A DNA stretch of 64,000 nucleotides from Eledone cirrhosa. Lineage: Eukaryota. The number at the start of each line of letters is the position of its first letter. Positions within the stretch are counted from its first letter, which is position 1. Location: NCBI GenBank assembly GCA_964016885.1, contig OZ024740.1, forward strand, positions 212,350,001 through 212,414,000, written 5' to 3'. The notes under the pieces were generated by a model. The model was not told the origin of the DNA. It searched no databases and worked only from the letters and a program-made list of their open reading frames with translations. The translations under genes were made by a program, and so were the position numbers. Shown piece after piece: positions 11,880-26,133 of this stretch.

Positions 11880-14800
11880 TAATATAAATCCCAACGTATG
11901 GCAGCAGACGCACAACGACAAAGAGAGATGAGAACAAATCAATCAAACAGTAATCGCTTTACAATATCCCAACCAATTTCTACAAATGTAATTCAGTTAA
12001 CACACCAACAACAACTTGCAATAAATACACCAAACGTTCAGAGAGGAAGGAACAGGTCAATTGAAGGTCTGGCAAATCATCCTACAGATGAACCTTTCCA
12101 AGAGCAAACTGTTCTTTCCATAATGCCACAACATAATGCAGGGAGTCCCTTTGCCTCTGTTTGTCCGCACTGCACAGCTTATCGCTGGCCACATGAACCC
12201 AAACCTTTGTGATGCTTCCAGGGAAAAGTAAAACTCCCTCAACTTCCTCCTCCTCCACCAAATATACTGAAATATTTCGATATCACTCAAGCAGGAAATT
12301 CTGTACTCCATAAGATACGTGCATATAACAATGTGCTTGCCAAGAGATTAGATTTAGTCCCACATTTAAGATACAAGGTAAGGTTTGTCATATTATTGGA
12401 TCACTACTTCCAAGTGATGCTTCACTCAAGTTTGCGCAGCTTTACTTCTATGATACAGATCATGAGTTTCAGAATCGCTTGCATCATGCTAATTTAGATG
12501 CTGCTGTCCTGCAGGACATGCAAGAAGACTTGCACTACTGCAACACCTATATAAGAAGCTTCAAGGCAGTCATTGAAATGCCAGTCTCTGAAAATGTGAA
12601 TATTGTCCTACATGCTGACAAAGTAAAACCCACTGATTTTCATTGTCGCACATATAATCTTCCCATGGCTTCTGAGATTGCTGTTATTCAACCTCATACA
12701 GCATTAGATCTCTTGGATGTCATCATTCATAAAAGAGATGGTGGTCTTCAGAGGATTCATCAGATTCGCCGTTCTTATGATCCTCTGCATTATGTGCTAC
12801 TGTTTTCTTGGGGGAATGATGGGTTTCAGATTGGTTTGAAAAGGACTGACAACAACCACACACTCACAGCCACTGATTTCTACTATTATCGGTTTCAGGT
12901 TAGGCAAGGTGACTGTAACATTATCATGAAGAGCAGGCGGCTGATGCAGCAATATGCTGTAGATGCCCAGGAAAAAATACAACATTGTCGCCTCAAACGG
13001 GCCCACAACAATCAAACCACGATGCGAGCTGAAAAGTATGAGGGTTTGTATGATGCTGTGGCTGAAGGAGATTTATTAAATGCAGGTCGGAGAATTGCTC
13101 TTCCTCCTTCAATCTATGGTTCCCCTCGCTTCTACAGTGAGTGCTTTCAGAATTCGATGATGTGGTTCGACACATGGGAAAGCCATCTTATTTCATCACG
13201 GTAACAACTAACCCTAACTGGGATGAAATAAAAAATTAGTTTGGACCCTGGTGAAGAACCTAGGAACCGTCCCGATATTTGTGCAAGAGTCTCAAAGATC
13301 AAGTATGACAGCCTCATGACATACTGAAAACAAATGTCCCAGGAAAAGTTGTGGCTCATTCTGCTACAATAGAGTGGCAGAAAAAGAGGCCTCACTCATG
13401 TTCATATTCTGCTGATAATAGCTGAAGTTAGCAAGCCCAAAACTGCAGATGCCATTGATCAGGTAGTCTACTGTGAGATTCCTAATAAAGAGACCAATCC
13501 AATTGTGCATAACATCATCATATCCTGCAACATTCATGGTTCATGTGGACAAGCTAGTATATGCTCATGTATGGAAGGGCTAGGACAACGCCATTGCTCA
13601 AAAGGTTATCCTAAGGCATTCAGATAAATCGCATTTGTTGCCGAAAATTCCTTTCCGGAGTATAGAAGGGATAGACAGCATGGTGGTCACACCCATACAA
13701 TCCAACTTAAAGGTCAAGAATTTACTGTTGATAATCGTTGGATTGTTCCATACAACCCTTTCCTCTCATTGAGATATCAGTGCCACATCAATTGTGAGGT
13801 TGTCCACAGTGTCAAGGCTGTTAAGTACTTATATAAGTACATCACGAAAGGATCAGACAAGATCACTTTCACTATTAAGGATGATCAAGGAAATTGTGTT
13901 CATGCCCAAAATGAGATTGAGACCTATATCAATGCACGGTACATCTCAGCCAGTGAAGCATTCTGGAGAATCTATAAATTTCCGTTACATCATCGGAAAC
14001 CGCCATTTGAAAAGTTGCCTTGCCATTTACCTGGGGAACAAATGGTCGTGTATGAGCGAGGGCAGGGCAGGAAGAAAATGTTGTTTCTAGGGGACAGCCA
14101 ATGACTAAGTTGACGAAATATTTTCAACTTAATATTAGAGACCCACTGGCACAAAACATATTGTATATTGATACTTAATATTTCATTTGTATCCTAAATA
14201 TTTCACTTGGACAAGAAGAAAAGTGGCAAAGATGAAAAAAGGGACATCTGGATAGTGATCAATAATTTATGAGTTAATCTCTTGGACGCATTTCAACAGT
14301 ATCTCTCACTAGACATCAATCTGAATTATATTACCTCAGGATGATCCTACATCACAAGGCTGGGTCAACTTCATACAAAGATTTGAGGACAATTGAAGGA
14401 GTTGAATTTCCAACATTCCAAGAAGCACGTAGGAAACTTGGTCTTTTGGATGAAGATGGAGAAAAAGACAAAGCTATGGAAGAGGCCTCATCCATTACGC
14501 TTGGTCCTCAGCTACGAGAGATCTTCTGTACCATTTTATTGTACTGCATGCCAAATGACCCTCTGCAGTTCTGGGAGAAATGGAAGAATTGTCTTTCAGA
14601 GGACATCATGCATGAACGTCATGAGCAAGTCATGTCCATGCAAACCGTGCATATTGTTCTACAGAAGATTCAACAAAGACTTCAGCATGATGGCTTGGAC
14701 ATTCATGTCAACTATGGACTTCCTCGGTCAGACCCAACTATTGTTGCCATACCAGAAATCAACAGGGTTCTTATGGCAGAAACTGATTTCAATACACACC

Positions 14801-16027
14801 AACTGCAAGCAAACATAATTGAATCCTGAGCAACTGGTTATATTTCACAAAGTAATCCCCTCTGTAAATGAAAATTAAGGTAGAATTTTCTGCTTGAATG
14901 CAAGTGCATGCACAGGAAATACCTATGTCAGCAACATCATATTGGATCTAAAAAGAATCCAATCTAATCTAAATCCAATCCAATCTAAAAAGAAATTCCA
15001 CTTGCCATATATGGAATAGCAACCACAAAGTGCAAGATTCCTCTCAATGTGACTGCTGAATCAACTTGCTTCTTCACAAAGAGGGATGGCACAGGTAAAC
15101 TTATGCAGCAATCTGACCTGCTAATCATTGATGGGATAAGTATGGGACATAAGCATATCTTTGAATGCGTTGACAGGAGCTTCAAAGATGTTCCCGATTG
15201 CAAAAAGCTATTTGGTGGTCTAACTGTATTATTATCTGGTGACTGGAATCAAATTCTTCCAGTTGTACGTCATGGTGTTAGACCACAAATAGTTGAGGCA
15301 ACCATCAAGAGATATTATCTCTTGGACTATGTGGAAACTATAGAGATGACAACCAATCAACGGTTACTTAATGTAGAGGACTCTGGTGGAAGACAGTTTG
15401 CAAGCTAACTTCTTGATGTGGGAAATGGTAACATTCTAACTGTTCCAACTGTAGATGCATTCACAATTCTTCTGCCAAATGAACTTCGTCTGCAATATAG
15501 TAATGTGTCTGAACTGTGTGATTTTGTGTATACAAATCTTCCAGGAAACTACACAAACCCACTATGGCTTTCAATTATCACTCCAACAAACTTACATACT
15601 TAAACTGAAGAAAGGCAGTTGCATCACGCTTCTGAGAAATCTGGATCCTCTAAACGGGCATTGCAATGGTACACGCTACACCATCATCAGTTTACATAAT
15701 CATGTAATTGAAGTTGAAGTGGCATTGGGTCCAAATGTTGGAACAAGGTTGCTAATCCCAAGGATACCACATGTGTCTCAAGAGCTTGAGTTCACTTTCA
15801 CCTTTACTCGCAAGCAATTTCCTGTCAAACCAGCCTTTGCCCTTACATGCAACAATGCACAAGGGCAACACAATTTTTCTCACATGGTCAGATGTATGTT
15901 GCATTATCACGAGTTACAAAAAAAAGAAAATATAAAAATATTAAATGAAGGGGTCTCTTTGCCGACAACTGTGTCTACAAAGAAATTCTACAATGATGTG
16001 AAACAGCTATCACTCTCTTTTAGTTGA
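11880..16027 (+). mobile_element. Degraded Helitron Rep-helicase
   Basis: Fragments include CPHCTAYRW, YDPLHYVLLFSWG, ILPPS-like/GSPR, HINCEVV...KYLYKYITKG, RYISASEAFWR, LLIIDGISM, GDWNQILPV, LLRNLDPLNGHCNGTR and RKQFPVKPAFALT. Many stops and frameshifts. Confidence 0.92.
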
Positions 16028-16029
16028 AA

Positions 16030-16660
16030 TGCCACCAAAGCACATTCCACACTGTGACTCCACCAAAGCACACTGTGACACAACTAAAAGACAGTGACGC
16101 CACTAAAAACACAGCGACACACTAAAACACACTGTGACACCACTAAAACATATTGTAACACCACTAAAATACATTGTATCATCACCAAAGCACACTGTAA
16201 CACCACTAAAACACACTGTAACACTACCAGAGCACACTGTGACTCCACTAAAACACACTGTGACACCACTAAAACACTGTGACACCACTAAAACACACTG
16301 TGACACCACTAAAACACACTGTAACACTACCAAAGCACACTGTAACACCACTAAAACATATTGTAACACCACCAAAACACATTGTATCACCACCAAAGCA
16401 CACTCCACACTGTGACACCACCAAAACACATTCCACACTGTGACACCACCAAAACACACTGTAACACCACCCAAGTACACTGTGACACCACCCAAGTATA
16501 CTGTGAAACCACCAAAGCACACTCCACGCTATGACATCACCAAAGCACATTCCACACTGTGACACCACCAAAACACACTGTAACACCACCAAAGCACATT
16601 GTGACACTACCAAAGCACACTGTGACACTACCAAAGCATACTACATGCCGTGATACAACC
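16030..16660. repeat. Minisatellite, ~21-bp unit (cactgtgacaccaccaaaaca)
   Basis: About 28 imperfect tandem units directly after the Helitron helicase. Confidence 0.9.
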
Positions 16661-16720
16661 ACCTAAGCTGAACTGATACAGCTGTTTTTCAAGAATTCAT
16701 CTCATTCTATCTATATATAT

Positions 16721-16864
16721 CAGTGGCGAAGGGTAACCTGGAAAGCAGGGCATGCAGTCCAATCGCCATGGTGGAAAGTGAGGCTGTGCAACCTTACCCC
16801 CCCCCAAAAAAAAAATCCCTATAAATGCCCCTCCCGGTCAAAGCAGCATGTAGTGTTGTGTTAT

Positions 16865-16914
<50 letters not shown>

Positions 16915-17036
16915 CTTTTTATGTGTCTACGATTTAGTAAGCAGCCAACATTCTGCTTGCTTCAACCGACGCAATTGATCAACTCAAGATTCTATAACGC
17001 ATGCATTGCATGCGTTGCATGCATCCTTCGCCCCTG
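16721..17036. mobile_element. hAT-like MITE with internal (TG)n
   Basis: Termini cagtggcgaagg / ccttcgcccctg. Flanks atatatat / gtatatag match 6/8. Confidence 0.6.
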
Positions 17037-17573
17037 GTATATAGATGTCCTTGCGGAAACTATTCAAATAAAACTCCACTGGGCGATTTTGAGTGGATAG
17101 TGTGTTATTATTGACAACCAGGATAGCACAAATGGTTCGCTACCGATTTGAAATACTGCACAGAAGAGTTGTTATTGATGTCAAGTGAGATCTGATGGGC
17201 GGCAAATATATTTAATTGATAGCTGCTTGACGTAAAAATAGTTATAGTTGATGAGTGGTAAATTTTTAAATAGTGATTTTAGAATCTCAATTAAGCCAAA
17301 TTCACAAAGAAAGTACACTCTATAAAACGTGCCATAAAATTTGGACATGGTACCAAACGTACAAAAAAGTCAAATTAAGGGCAAATAGTACGAAATTTGT
17401 ACGAACGTAGCAACTTCAGCTGGTGCCAAGTTGTATTGGCCTTTGCCAAATCTGGGACATAGAAATGGCGATTAGCAGACATGGTCGACAGCAGGTTTTC
17501 CACAAAACAACCTACCTAGGAATGTTCTTCATACTTAGTCATGACTTGTTAATTTTCAAACCATTATTTCTTT

Positions 17574-17760
17574 GGTGGATTGGCAGTATCGGTAGAGGGT
17601 CGGACGCCATGCTTTGACGCATAGAGTTAAGGTCCTTGCCATTCTGAGTTCAAATCCCGCCGAGGCTAACTTTGCCTTTCATCCTTACGGGGTCGATAAA
17701 ATAAAGTACCAGTAATGCGCTGGGTAATTGCTGGCCTTGTGCCAAAAAGTAGAAACAATC
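17574..17760 (+). mobile_element. Full-length tRNA-derived SINE (octopod-like family)
   Basis: A box tggcagtatcgg, B box gagttcaaatcc, core tttgcctttcatccttacggggtcgataaaataaagtaccagt. At least four copies in the window. Confidence 0.85.
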
Positions 17761-18301
17761 ATTTCTTTAGATATTATCAAAATAATGTGCAATTTTCGTC
17801 TTATCAGATGCTAGACAAATACAAATGTTGCAACATTGTTTAATATGGCGATGGAAGCTTCGATTGCATATATGAGTCTTTCATTTAATTTCATATAAGA
17901 ATGGTATTTTCCAGAGTCTAAATCTAAGGGAATATCTAAGAAATTGTCTATTTTAATGTTAGTGTTATCATATTAAATCCTGAGACTGTGATCTGTAATT
18001 TGTCTCTTGCAATAACATTTAAATAATAGAAAAGTAATAATCAATTACAATAAGCTGTTTGGAGGTTTTTTGTTTGTTATTCATAGTATTGGACGAGGTT
18101 ATAACTGAGGCACAGCTCTTCAAAAAGAGTAGAATTGAAACTCTTAATTTTGAATATATTTTCTTAATTTTTCAATATTCTTATTTCCGTTTTAGTTAGG
18201 TTAATTAATCACGAGGAAATGTTTCGCCTTAAAATGGTCCATAAAAGTAAAATAGAATTTGGGTAGTGCCAGATATTTAACAACTGAAAAAGCCTATTGC
18301 A

Positions 18302-18770
18302 TACAAGGGCCGACTGAAAAGTTTAGAGCCTCACACAGAAAACAAATAGGTATGCAAATGAAATTTTGTCTTTGAAATCTGCGACATGTTCTTACAGTCC
18401 AAAGACATCTTCAATTCTTTTCTCAGATTCTTGAATTCGAATAACTCAGGCGTTTCATGAAAAATGGAGAAACTCGAATATCGAGCAGTGATCAAGTATC
18501 TGCAGCTGAAAGGCATGATCCCACCCCCACCCCAGCTGATATCTATAAGAACATACAAGACACATTAGGGAAAGATGCTTCGTCACATGCCACGGTCAAA
18601 TAATGGGTTAATGGCTTCAAATGTGGCAAGGAAGATGTGTAATATGACCCGAGGTTTGGGAGGCCATCAGCAGTGACCACACAAAGAATATTGACATTGT
18701 CCTTCGGATGGTGATAGAGCATCGGCAACTGTCATCTCGTCAGATAACAAACAGGTCAAGTACCATCCAG
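18302..18770 (+). mobile_element. Mariner 5' fragment
   Basis: TA-caagggccgactgaaaagtt TIR-like start. Translation MEKLEYRAVIKYLQLKG...TLGKDASSHATVK*WV..FK.G...DPRFGRP is an HTH region. Confidence 0.75.
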
Positions 18771-18789
18771 GAGTGAACCAATAATATTC

Positions 18790-21020
18790 TGACGAACGGG
18801 CTTGATTTGAGAAAGGAGGGAAAAGCCATTGTGCTTCACTGGACAGCTACCACCCACTTCAAGCTGGGCAGCCCACAGCCAGTTATATTCTGTCCCGTCA
18901 CAACCCAAGTGCTCCAATGGGCGCGTGGGGCTTGGGGATATTAATGTACTCAATCGTGCGCTGTAAACCCTGCACCAAGAAAATCAATGAAGAAGCAAAC
19001 AAGCAATGTAAGAAACCGGCATTCAGACTTGTATGTAGCAACATAGAGACCATGACTACTGGTCTGTCAGATGATCGTCAAAAGATCAGCGGCACCAGAA
19101 ATACTGCAGTTATCAACAACGAACTGCTATGACTTTAAGGGAACATTGCAGCACTCCAGGAGACGTGGTTCCCAGATTTGGGGACCCTTCGTGAGAGAGA
19201 ATATATCTTTTTGGGGTAGGAGAAAGGCATAAATGAAGCCAGAGAGCATGGTGTCGGCTTTGTGGTGAGGAACACACTATTGAATATGGTGGAACTAGGA
19301 AGCGACGGACCGAAGCAGATCCTCACACTCCAATTGCACACTTCAGATGGGCCTGTCAACCTTGTCAGTGCTTATGCATCAACCCTCTATTCTGTCACAC
19401 AAGATGACAAGGATAAGTTTTACCATCAGCTCTCAAGAAAAATACAGGCCATGCCAAATGGAGAGATTCTGGTGCTACTTGGCAACTTCAATGCCAGAGT
19501 GGGAACCGACCACGACTCCTGTACAGGATGTCTGGGACGGCACGAGGTAGGTGACATGAATTACAACAGGCAACGACTGCTTGAGCTCTGTATGTTCCAT
19601 GGACTATGTGTCATCAACACCTACTTCCAGGCCAAAGCTCAACACTGGCATCATCCTCGCTCAGGACACTGACATTAGCTAGATCTGCTCCTCACAAGAC
19701 ACAACTACCTGAGAAAAAGTGCTCCTGATCGATCCTTTCAGAGCGCTGACTGTAACACAGATCCCTTCTTTGTTTGCTGCAATGTCAAACTCCAACCAAA
19801 AATAATGCACTACGCCAAGCCTTTGGGTGGGCAGCGTCTCAACGCTACTGTGACCCAGCAGTAAGACAAAGTAGCTGCATCCCGCAAGTCACTGGAAGAC
19901 GCCCTCCCTGCAAATCCACCAGAAGGTGATGTTCAGCAAAGATGGGACTCTCTCAGAGGCAACATCCATGACACTGTATTGAAGACCTTCGGGAAGAAGC
20001 GAAGAATGTCATATGACTGGTTTGATGCGAGTGCGGATGAGTTCAATCCGACCATGGAGGAGAAGCGTACTGCCCTGTTGAAGCACAAACAACAACATAC
20101 CAGGACAACATTACAAGTATTGAGATCAGCTAGGAACAAGTCACAAAAGATTGCGATACTCTGTGCAAACAACTACTGGTTACAGTCATTTGACACAGGT
20201 AACATACGGGGAATGTATGAGGGCATCAAGAAAGCCATCGGTCGAACCCAGAGTAAGACAGCTCTACTCAAATCCAGAACAGGCGAGGTTATCAAAGGCA
20301 AAAGTGAGCAGTTGGAGAGATGGGCGGAACATTAATCCTAACTCTACGACAAGGAAAACTATCTCCGACAACTTGCTAGACACCGTGGAACACCTACCCG
20401 TCATGGAGGAGCTAGATGCATTGCCGACTGCTGAAGAACTATGCAGAACCATTGATGGCTTACCAGCTGTGAAGGCACCAGGATCTGACGGCATCCACCA
20501 GAGGTCATCAGGTGTGCAAAGCGGGTTCTACTTAGTTACTTGTTGAAACTACTGTGTCAGTGCTGGGACAAAGCAACAGTCCAGCAGGACATGAGAGACT
20601 TCAAAATTGAGAACAAAGGGCACAGAAGCTACTGCAATAGCTATCGAGGCATTTCGCTGCTAAGTATTGTGGGGAAGGTCGTTGCCCTCGTGGTCTTGAA
20701 CAGACAACAGAAAATCACTGAGAGAGTGAGTATACTCCGAATCCTAGTGTGGTCAGAACGCTCCACCATCGACATGACCTTCCCCCTTCCGACAGCTACA
20801 GGAGACGTGCCGAGAGCAAAGATAACCATTCTACATCACCTTCATCGACCTCACGAAGACATTCGATCTAGTTAGTAGAGACGGCCTGTTCAAAATCCTT
20901 GCCAGGATTGATTGTCCTCCAAGACTTCGTAGGATAGTCCAATCGTTTCATGCAGATATGAAAGGTGTCGTTCAATTTGATGGCTCTTCTTCGGAGACAT
21001 TTAACATATGCAGCGGTGAG
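18790..21020 (+). mobile_element. Degraded RTE-clade LINE (APE + partial RT)
   Basis: VSAYASTL, LLGNFNARVG, NTYFQ, HHPRSGH, KAPGSDGI, CNSYRGISLLSIVGKV, RSTIDM; frameshifted. Confidence 0.88.
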
Positions 21021-21930
21021 AGCTCAGACAAATGAGGTTGAAATAAAACCCATCGATGAAGAGAGATCAACCAAGAAATTAACAAAACAAAACTCAAGGC
21101 TCCAACCTAGAATAGATCTCTAAACTATGGATAGAGGATTGCAACAAGGAGGAACTGAAATCCTTTCAACGTTGGGAAAAAAGCACCACTTGGGTTTTAA
21201 ACTATGGAACGATCTTTCAAACAGAATACGCTTCCAACAACCCGTTCATAAAAACAAGAAAATCTCAACAACCAACAAAAAAATCACAACCTCCTCCCTT
21301 ACCAAAAAAGAAGGCAACACCTAGCTCTTACCTCGTAACCCAACCGCGCAGCAACTATGCGGACACTCCTGCAACCCACAAAAGGAAATAAGAAAAAATC
21401 ACCTCCAGGATGGACATTACAACTTCCTTCCCACTAGGAGATACCAAGGAAACCTCCATTCTTGCAACCCCACCAACCACCATACGCAACAAACCCAAAC
21501 CACTCGATATATTCAGCAAATATCCTCTGGCAAGAAAGTATGGAAAGACTTAATGAATTTAAAACACTTCTAAATGGACTCAACACAAACATTCAATTTA
21601 CAATGGAATACAACCATGAGCAGCTTCCTTTCCTCGATATCCTTATAAAGAAAACTAACAACAAAATAGAAACAGACATACACTATAAGCCCACAGACTC
21701 CAAACAGTGTCTTCCATTCAATCATGCCACCCGAGACACACCAAAATGAACATTCCTTACAACCTAGCCAAAAGGATCTGTACAATAGTATCTGATAGAA
21801 ACATCCGCCACATACGACTAGAAGAATTAAAGGACACACTCATTATCAGGAATTACCCACTATCTCTAATTAACAATGGATTCCAACGTGCCCTAAAACT
21901 CAACATCCAGGAACTTAGACACCCCAAATG
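21020..21930 (+). mobile_element. Penelope-like element fragment (RT thumb)
   Basis: IQFTMEYNHEQLPFLDILIKK...HYKPTDSKQCL and SCHPRHTKMNIPYNLAKRICTIVSD. Confidence 0.85.
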
Positions 21931-21934
21931 CGGT

Positions 21935-24060
21935 TTACATATGATTGCTCCACGGGTCGGACACCGTCATCATGGCATGGCGTCAGGTCCCCTACTCCCG
22001 CTAGGCCAATCGGGTCTGTGCGTACTCATTCTCATGCCTCCTGCCTGCGTCACCCGACGGATTCCATGCTGCAAATGTGCATCTTCTCTGGTGTTTGCAT
22101 GTCATGATAATTTCAGACTTCAGGTTGACGGCGTCATCCTTCAGTCTGACTCTCTCCATGGCCTTGTGTAGGCACAATCGGCACTTTCTACTTCCGGCCG
22201 AATATGCCCTCACGTGGAGAACGATACTCAATTCCAGGGCGTATGGAGTGCCGTGGTCTTTCATGTCCCACACGAGGTCCGCTAACCTAGTTGAGTGCTT
22301 TTGCTACGGTCCCTGAAGGAATTCGTGTGATTATACATCCGCGATTTAAAGGTCGTGGATGTTGCGCCGATGTAGGTTCGATGCGCATTTTGGGTTGTAA
22401 CCACACACTTGTATATTAAGTCTTTCATTAAGCATTTTCCCTGTAGGGGGCACTGGGTGCCCGCTCTACAGTTGCAAGTTCTGCTGTCATTTCTTGTGCG
22501 TCCGATGTCTGGGCCCCGATCTAATATGGCCCTCTCAAGGTTCTCAGGGTGTTGCACAGCCGACACATTTGTCCCCCCCCCATGCCACTATTTCCCTCTC
22601 GGTGTTGGACCATATCGCCTTCGGCGGGCGCTTTGGTCGCCTCGGGGGCCGGGTTGTCATTTGAAGGCAGGTCCCTAGGTGGTTCTCCGCGCTCCGAAAC
22701 ATGGTCACTCTGTCGCCGCGGTTGACGGCCTGTGTGCACCATCTTCACCGCGTTAGTTCTAGTCATGTAGTCAGCCATATTTGGCGCCGTGGAGAAGGAG
22801 AATTCCACCGTGTGGCGGTTGAAGATTTTGTGGTACTTATTTGTCGTCGGAAAGCACTCATCCAGCGCTCGGAAGAAAAGTCCTGGCACGTTGGTGCGTA
22901 CATGTTTAGAATAAGGCGCATTGAACCAGGTAACGGCCTTAGATCTGTTCTTTCGTGTGCGTGGATTCTTGTTGGTGTGTCCAGGGCTCGGTGTCCGTCC
23001 AGTGCTCTGCCCAACCACAATTCATCTCGTGTGTTGTCCCTGTCTATTTGCCCGCTACGTTCGTCGTGGTTATGTTCTACAGTTATAGATTTACGTCGTG
23101 CTATGTGGTCATCTATACGTCTATTCCCCTTAGGTCTATGTGATGCTATTGTCGGTGCTGTAGCACTAGAACCAGGCTGGTCGTGCTCCGTGGCGTGTGC
23201 CTCGTTCTTATTTGTCGAAGTCCTGTCAAAGGTCCCAGTTGCCACGGAGTATGCAGTGTGCGTGTCAGCCCCATGCCTCCGCATACTGGGTGGTCTGGCT
23301 CCCACGGGTGCCTTAGTCCTATCTCGGGTCGCTCCTGTGTCATTAAAGTTAGTAGTGTTGCTATTTGTGTTCCTGGCTACTGCTACCGGGTCAATTCTTC
23401 TACCTAAGGAGGCGCCCTCGCTATTGGCATTTCTGCACGCCATATCATTAGGCTCTACTCTATCCGGGGTGTATACTATGGTCTTTGTAACCGGCCCTGC
23501 TCAGTGCCTCATTATAGTATTTGGCGTGCTGTTTAAACACTTCTGCGTTCGACGACAGGGTGGATACGCGTTTAGACACCCCTTTAACTATGGCTTCTAT
23601 GACTGACTCACGGATAAGCCGTGTTGTTTAAAAAAATGCGATATGCGCTTCCTCATGCGCTCCATCTGACTGGGGTTAAGGGAAGGAAGGTGAAAAGTGC
23701 GTCGTCTCTGTATATTCCACCTCTGATCCCCGGGATCTCCTCCGTCAGCCTATGGATGAGATATATCCCCACCAGGTCGGTCACCTGCGCCGAGTCACTT
23801 GACCCCATGGTGATATCGAAACTGTCGGGTCTGTCCCTCCTCTCCCATAACTTGTCTTCGAAACTAATCAGCATCTTTCTGGCTGCTACTATGAGATTGG
23901 TCTCGTCATGTTCTCGCTATTCCTAGATATACCGTCTATGTCCGATTCACTTTTTCAAATTATACTGCGTAGAGTTAATGGCCCTATAGCCATTCCTATT
24001 AGTATTGTCTTATTGCGTTGCCGGCGCTATAACTTTGTCAATGACCCATGTGGTCTCCCT
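21935..24060 (-). mobile_element. Penelope-like element, probably Naiad clade (RT fragment + GIY-YIG), degraded
   Basis: FDITMGSSDSAQVTDLVGIYL...IYRDDAL; WFNAPYSKHVRTNV...HKIFNR; CNCRAGTQCPLQGKCL..DLIYKC...YIGATSTTFKSRMYNH; KCRLCL. Confidence 0.85.
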
Positions 24061-24361
24061 AGGTAGTTTCACATTTTGTGTTGCCCGTATGTTATCGCTA
24101 CCGCTATCTCTCCTATCCCTCTGTGTGCTCGTGGGGTGGTTCTGTTTCCGTGTGTTATGCGCCCTAGAGGCTGTCTGACTGTTATGCTATTATCCCTGTC
24201 TTTATTTATTTTCTGGGGTTTACTATTTCGCGTTTGTTCGCGGTTATTGTATCTGTCTCCAACTATGTTATTTATATATATATATATGGAACGATCGACT
24301 TTCGTCAAACCAGACCGAGGGAACAATGTTTCCGTTGGTCTTTCCAATTGCTAATACTATC

Positions 24362-24718
<357 letters not shown>

Positions 24719-24760
24719 GCCAGCAATTACCAAGTGCATTACTGGTACTTTAATAATAAT

Positions 24761-24834
24761 GCTGTGATATATATTTCAATGACGACACTGGCCACACTGT
24801 TCTGTGTGCGTGTGTCGTGACATCATCAGACAGC
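24761..24834 (-). ncRNA. Type I hammerhead ribozyme motif
   Basis: Minus strand: gctgt-CTGATGA-(long helix II acgacac/gtgtcgt)-GAAA-tatata-TC-acagc. The base of helix II is imperfect. Confidence 0.65.
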
Positions 24835-26059
24835 TTGTTACATAATAAGGTTATGTTTCCGAGGCAATCCAAATTGAATCGACATGGGAACGGACGAAGT
24901 GTGTGCTTTTGGGTTCTTCATCCGTTCCCCTGTGAGTACCAATTCACCCCCACCGGTCTGCGTAGGCGCATGTCCGAAAGAAGTTGACCATTAGCTACCG
25001 CAGATTTCAACGAAATTCGCTTAGTCACTTCACCCTCTCAGCCAAACAATGACCCACTTAAGCCTGTACCATAGTTTACTGCTACGCATCCCGACTGTGA
25101 CAGTCAGCCGAAAGCCAGAGGGGATGGGAGAGTGTTAGTTTTTACAGGTCACAATACTACCTCTCACCAAGCGTGGACAGTACGACTGACCATCAACGGC
25201 TAAGAGAAAATAAACTTAATTCTAGGTATTATGGTTTTACATTGGAAGTTATGAGTGAGAGTTGGAAATAAAAATTAAAATCCTAAATCAAATATCAGAA
25301 ATTATAAATTAAACAATTAAAAAATTAACAATTAGAAATTAAAAAATTTTTCAAGTGAGAATCCGGATTGAGGTGAGTAAAAAAATATATAGACTGAAGT
25401 GAGTAAATAATATGGAGAGAGATGTTTAAGTAAGAAGTTCTGAGAGGGGTTCTAATGTCACAGTTACACTATCCACATATTGGACGATAGTGCCGTACAT
25501 TAGAGCGGAGGGTAACCTACAGTATTCAAGGCAGTAGTCAATCTGGTACACAGTCATAATTTCCATCACATGGAACAAAACCAAAGAAAAACAGACATAA
25601 AGTACACAAAAGAAAAGAACCAATAATGAATAAATGCAAAAACACAGAGTACATATATGCAAAATGATCCATATCATTGTCAATTTGTCAATGTATAGAT
25701 TGAATTGAGGGGGCTTCTGTTCAAATGCGATTTGTTGCAGGAAAATAGGGGTTTATCTTAGTTTTTGTTTCCGCGTGTTTATCCTGCCGAAAGTTGCTAT
25801 TATGTCCGTCCAGTGTCAGGGGTTTCCATCCCCATGGTAGAGGGAATTTCCAGGGGTAGCTCATAGTTGGTTCCTCTCTTCTCCACCATATCAGTTACAT
25901 CATAGAGCGCTCAACTAATTGGAGCTAAATTCTTAGGGTAAACATTGATGCAATTCAATTCAAGCATTCAACGTACTTTTTCCACATAGGAGTGACGGAG
26001 TAAATATCGCGTAAGGAAAAGCGAAGTAGTTTCAGATGTTCAAGTCCTTTAATAATAAG

Positions 26060-26133
26060 GCTGTGATATATATTTCAATGACGACACTGGCCACTCTGTT
26101 CTGTGTGCGAGTGTCGTGACATCATCAGACAGC
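26060..26133 (-). ncRNA. Type I hammerhead ribozyme motif (second copy)
   Basis: Same as 24761-24834. Confidence 0.65.

Noticed and set aside
16030-16660. CRISPR-like periodic array
   Set aside because: Contiguous degenerate units with no unique spacers, in eukaryotic context.
22701-23606. 301-aa plus-strand ORF
   Set aside because: Antisense to the Penelope element, with no recognisable domain.
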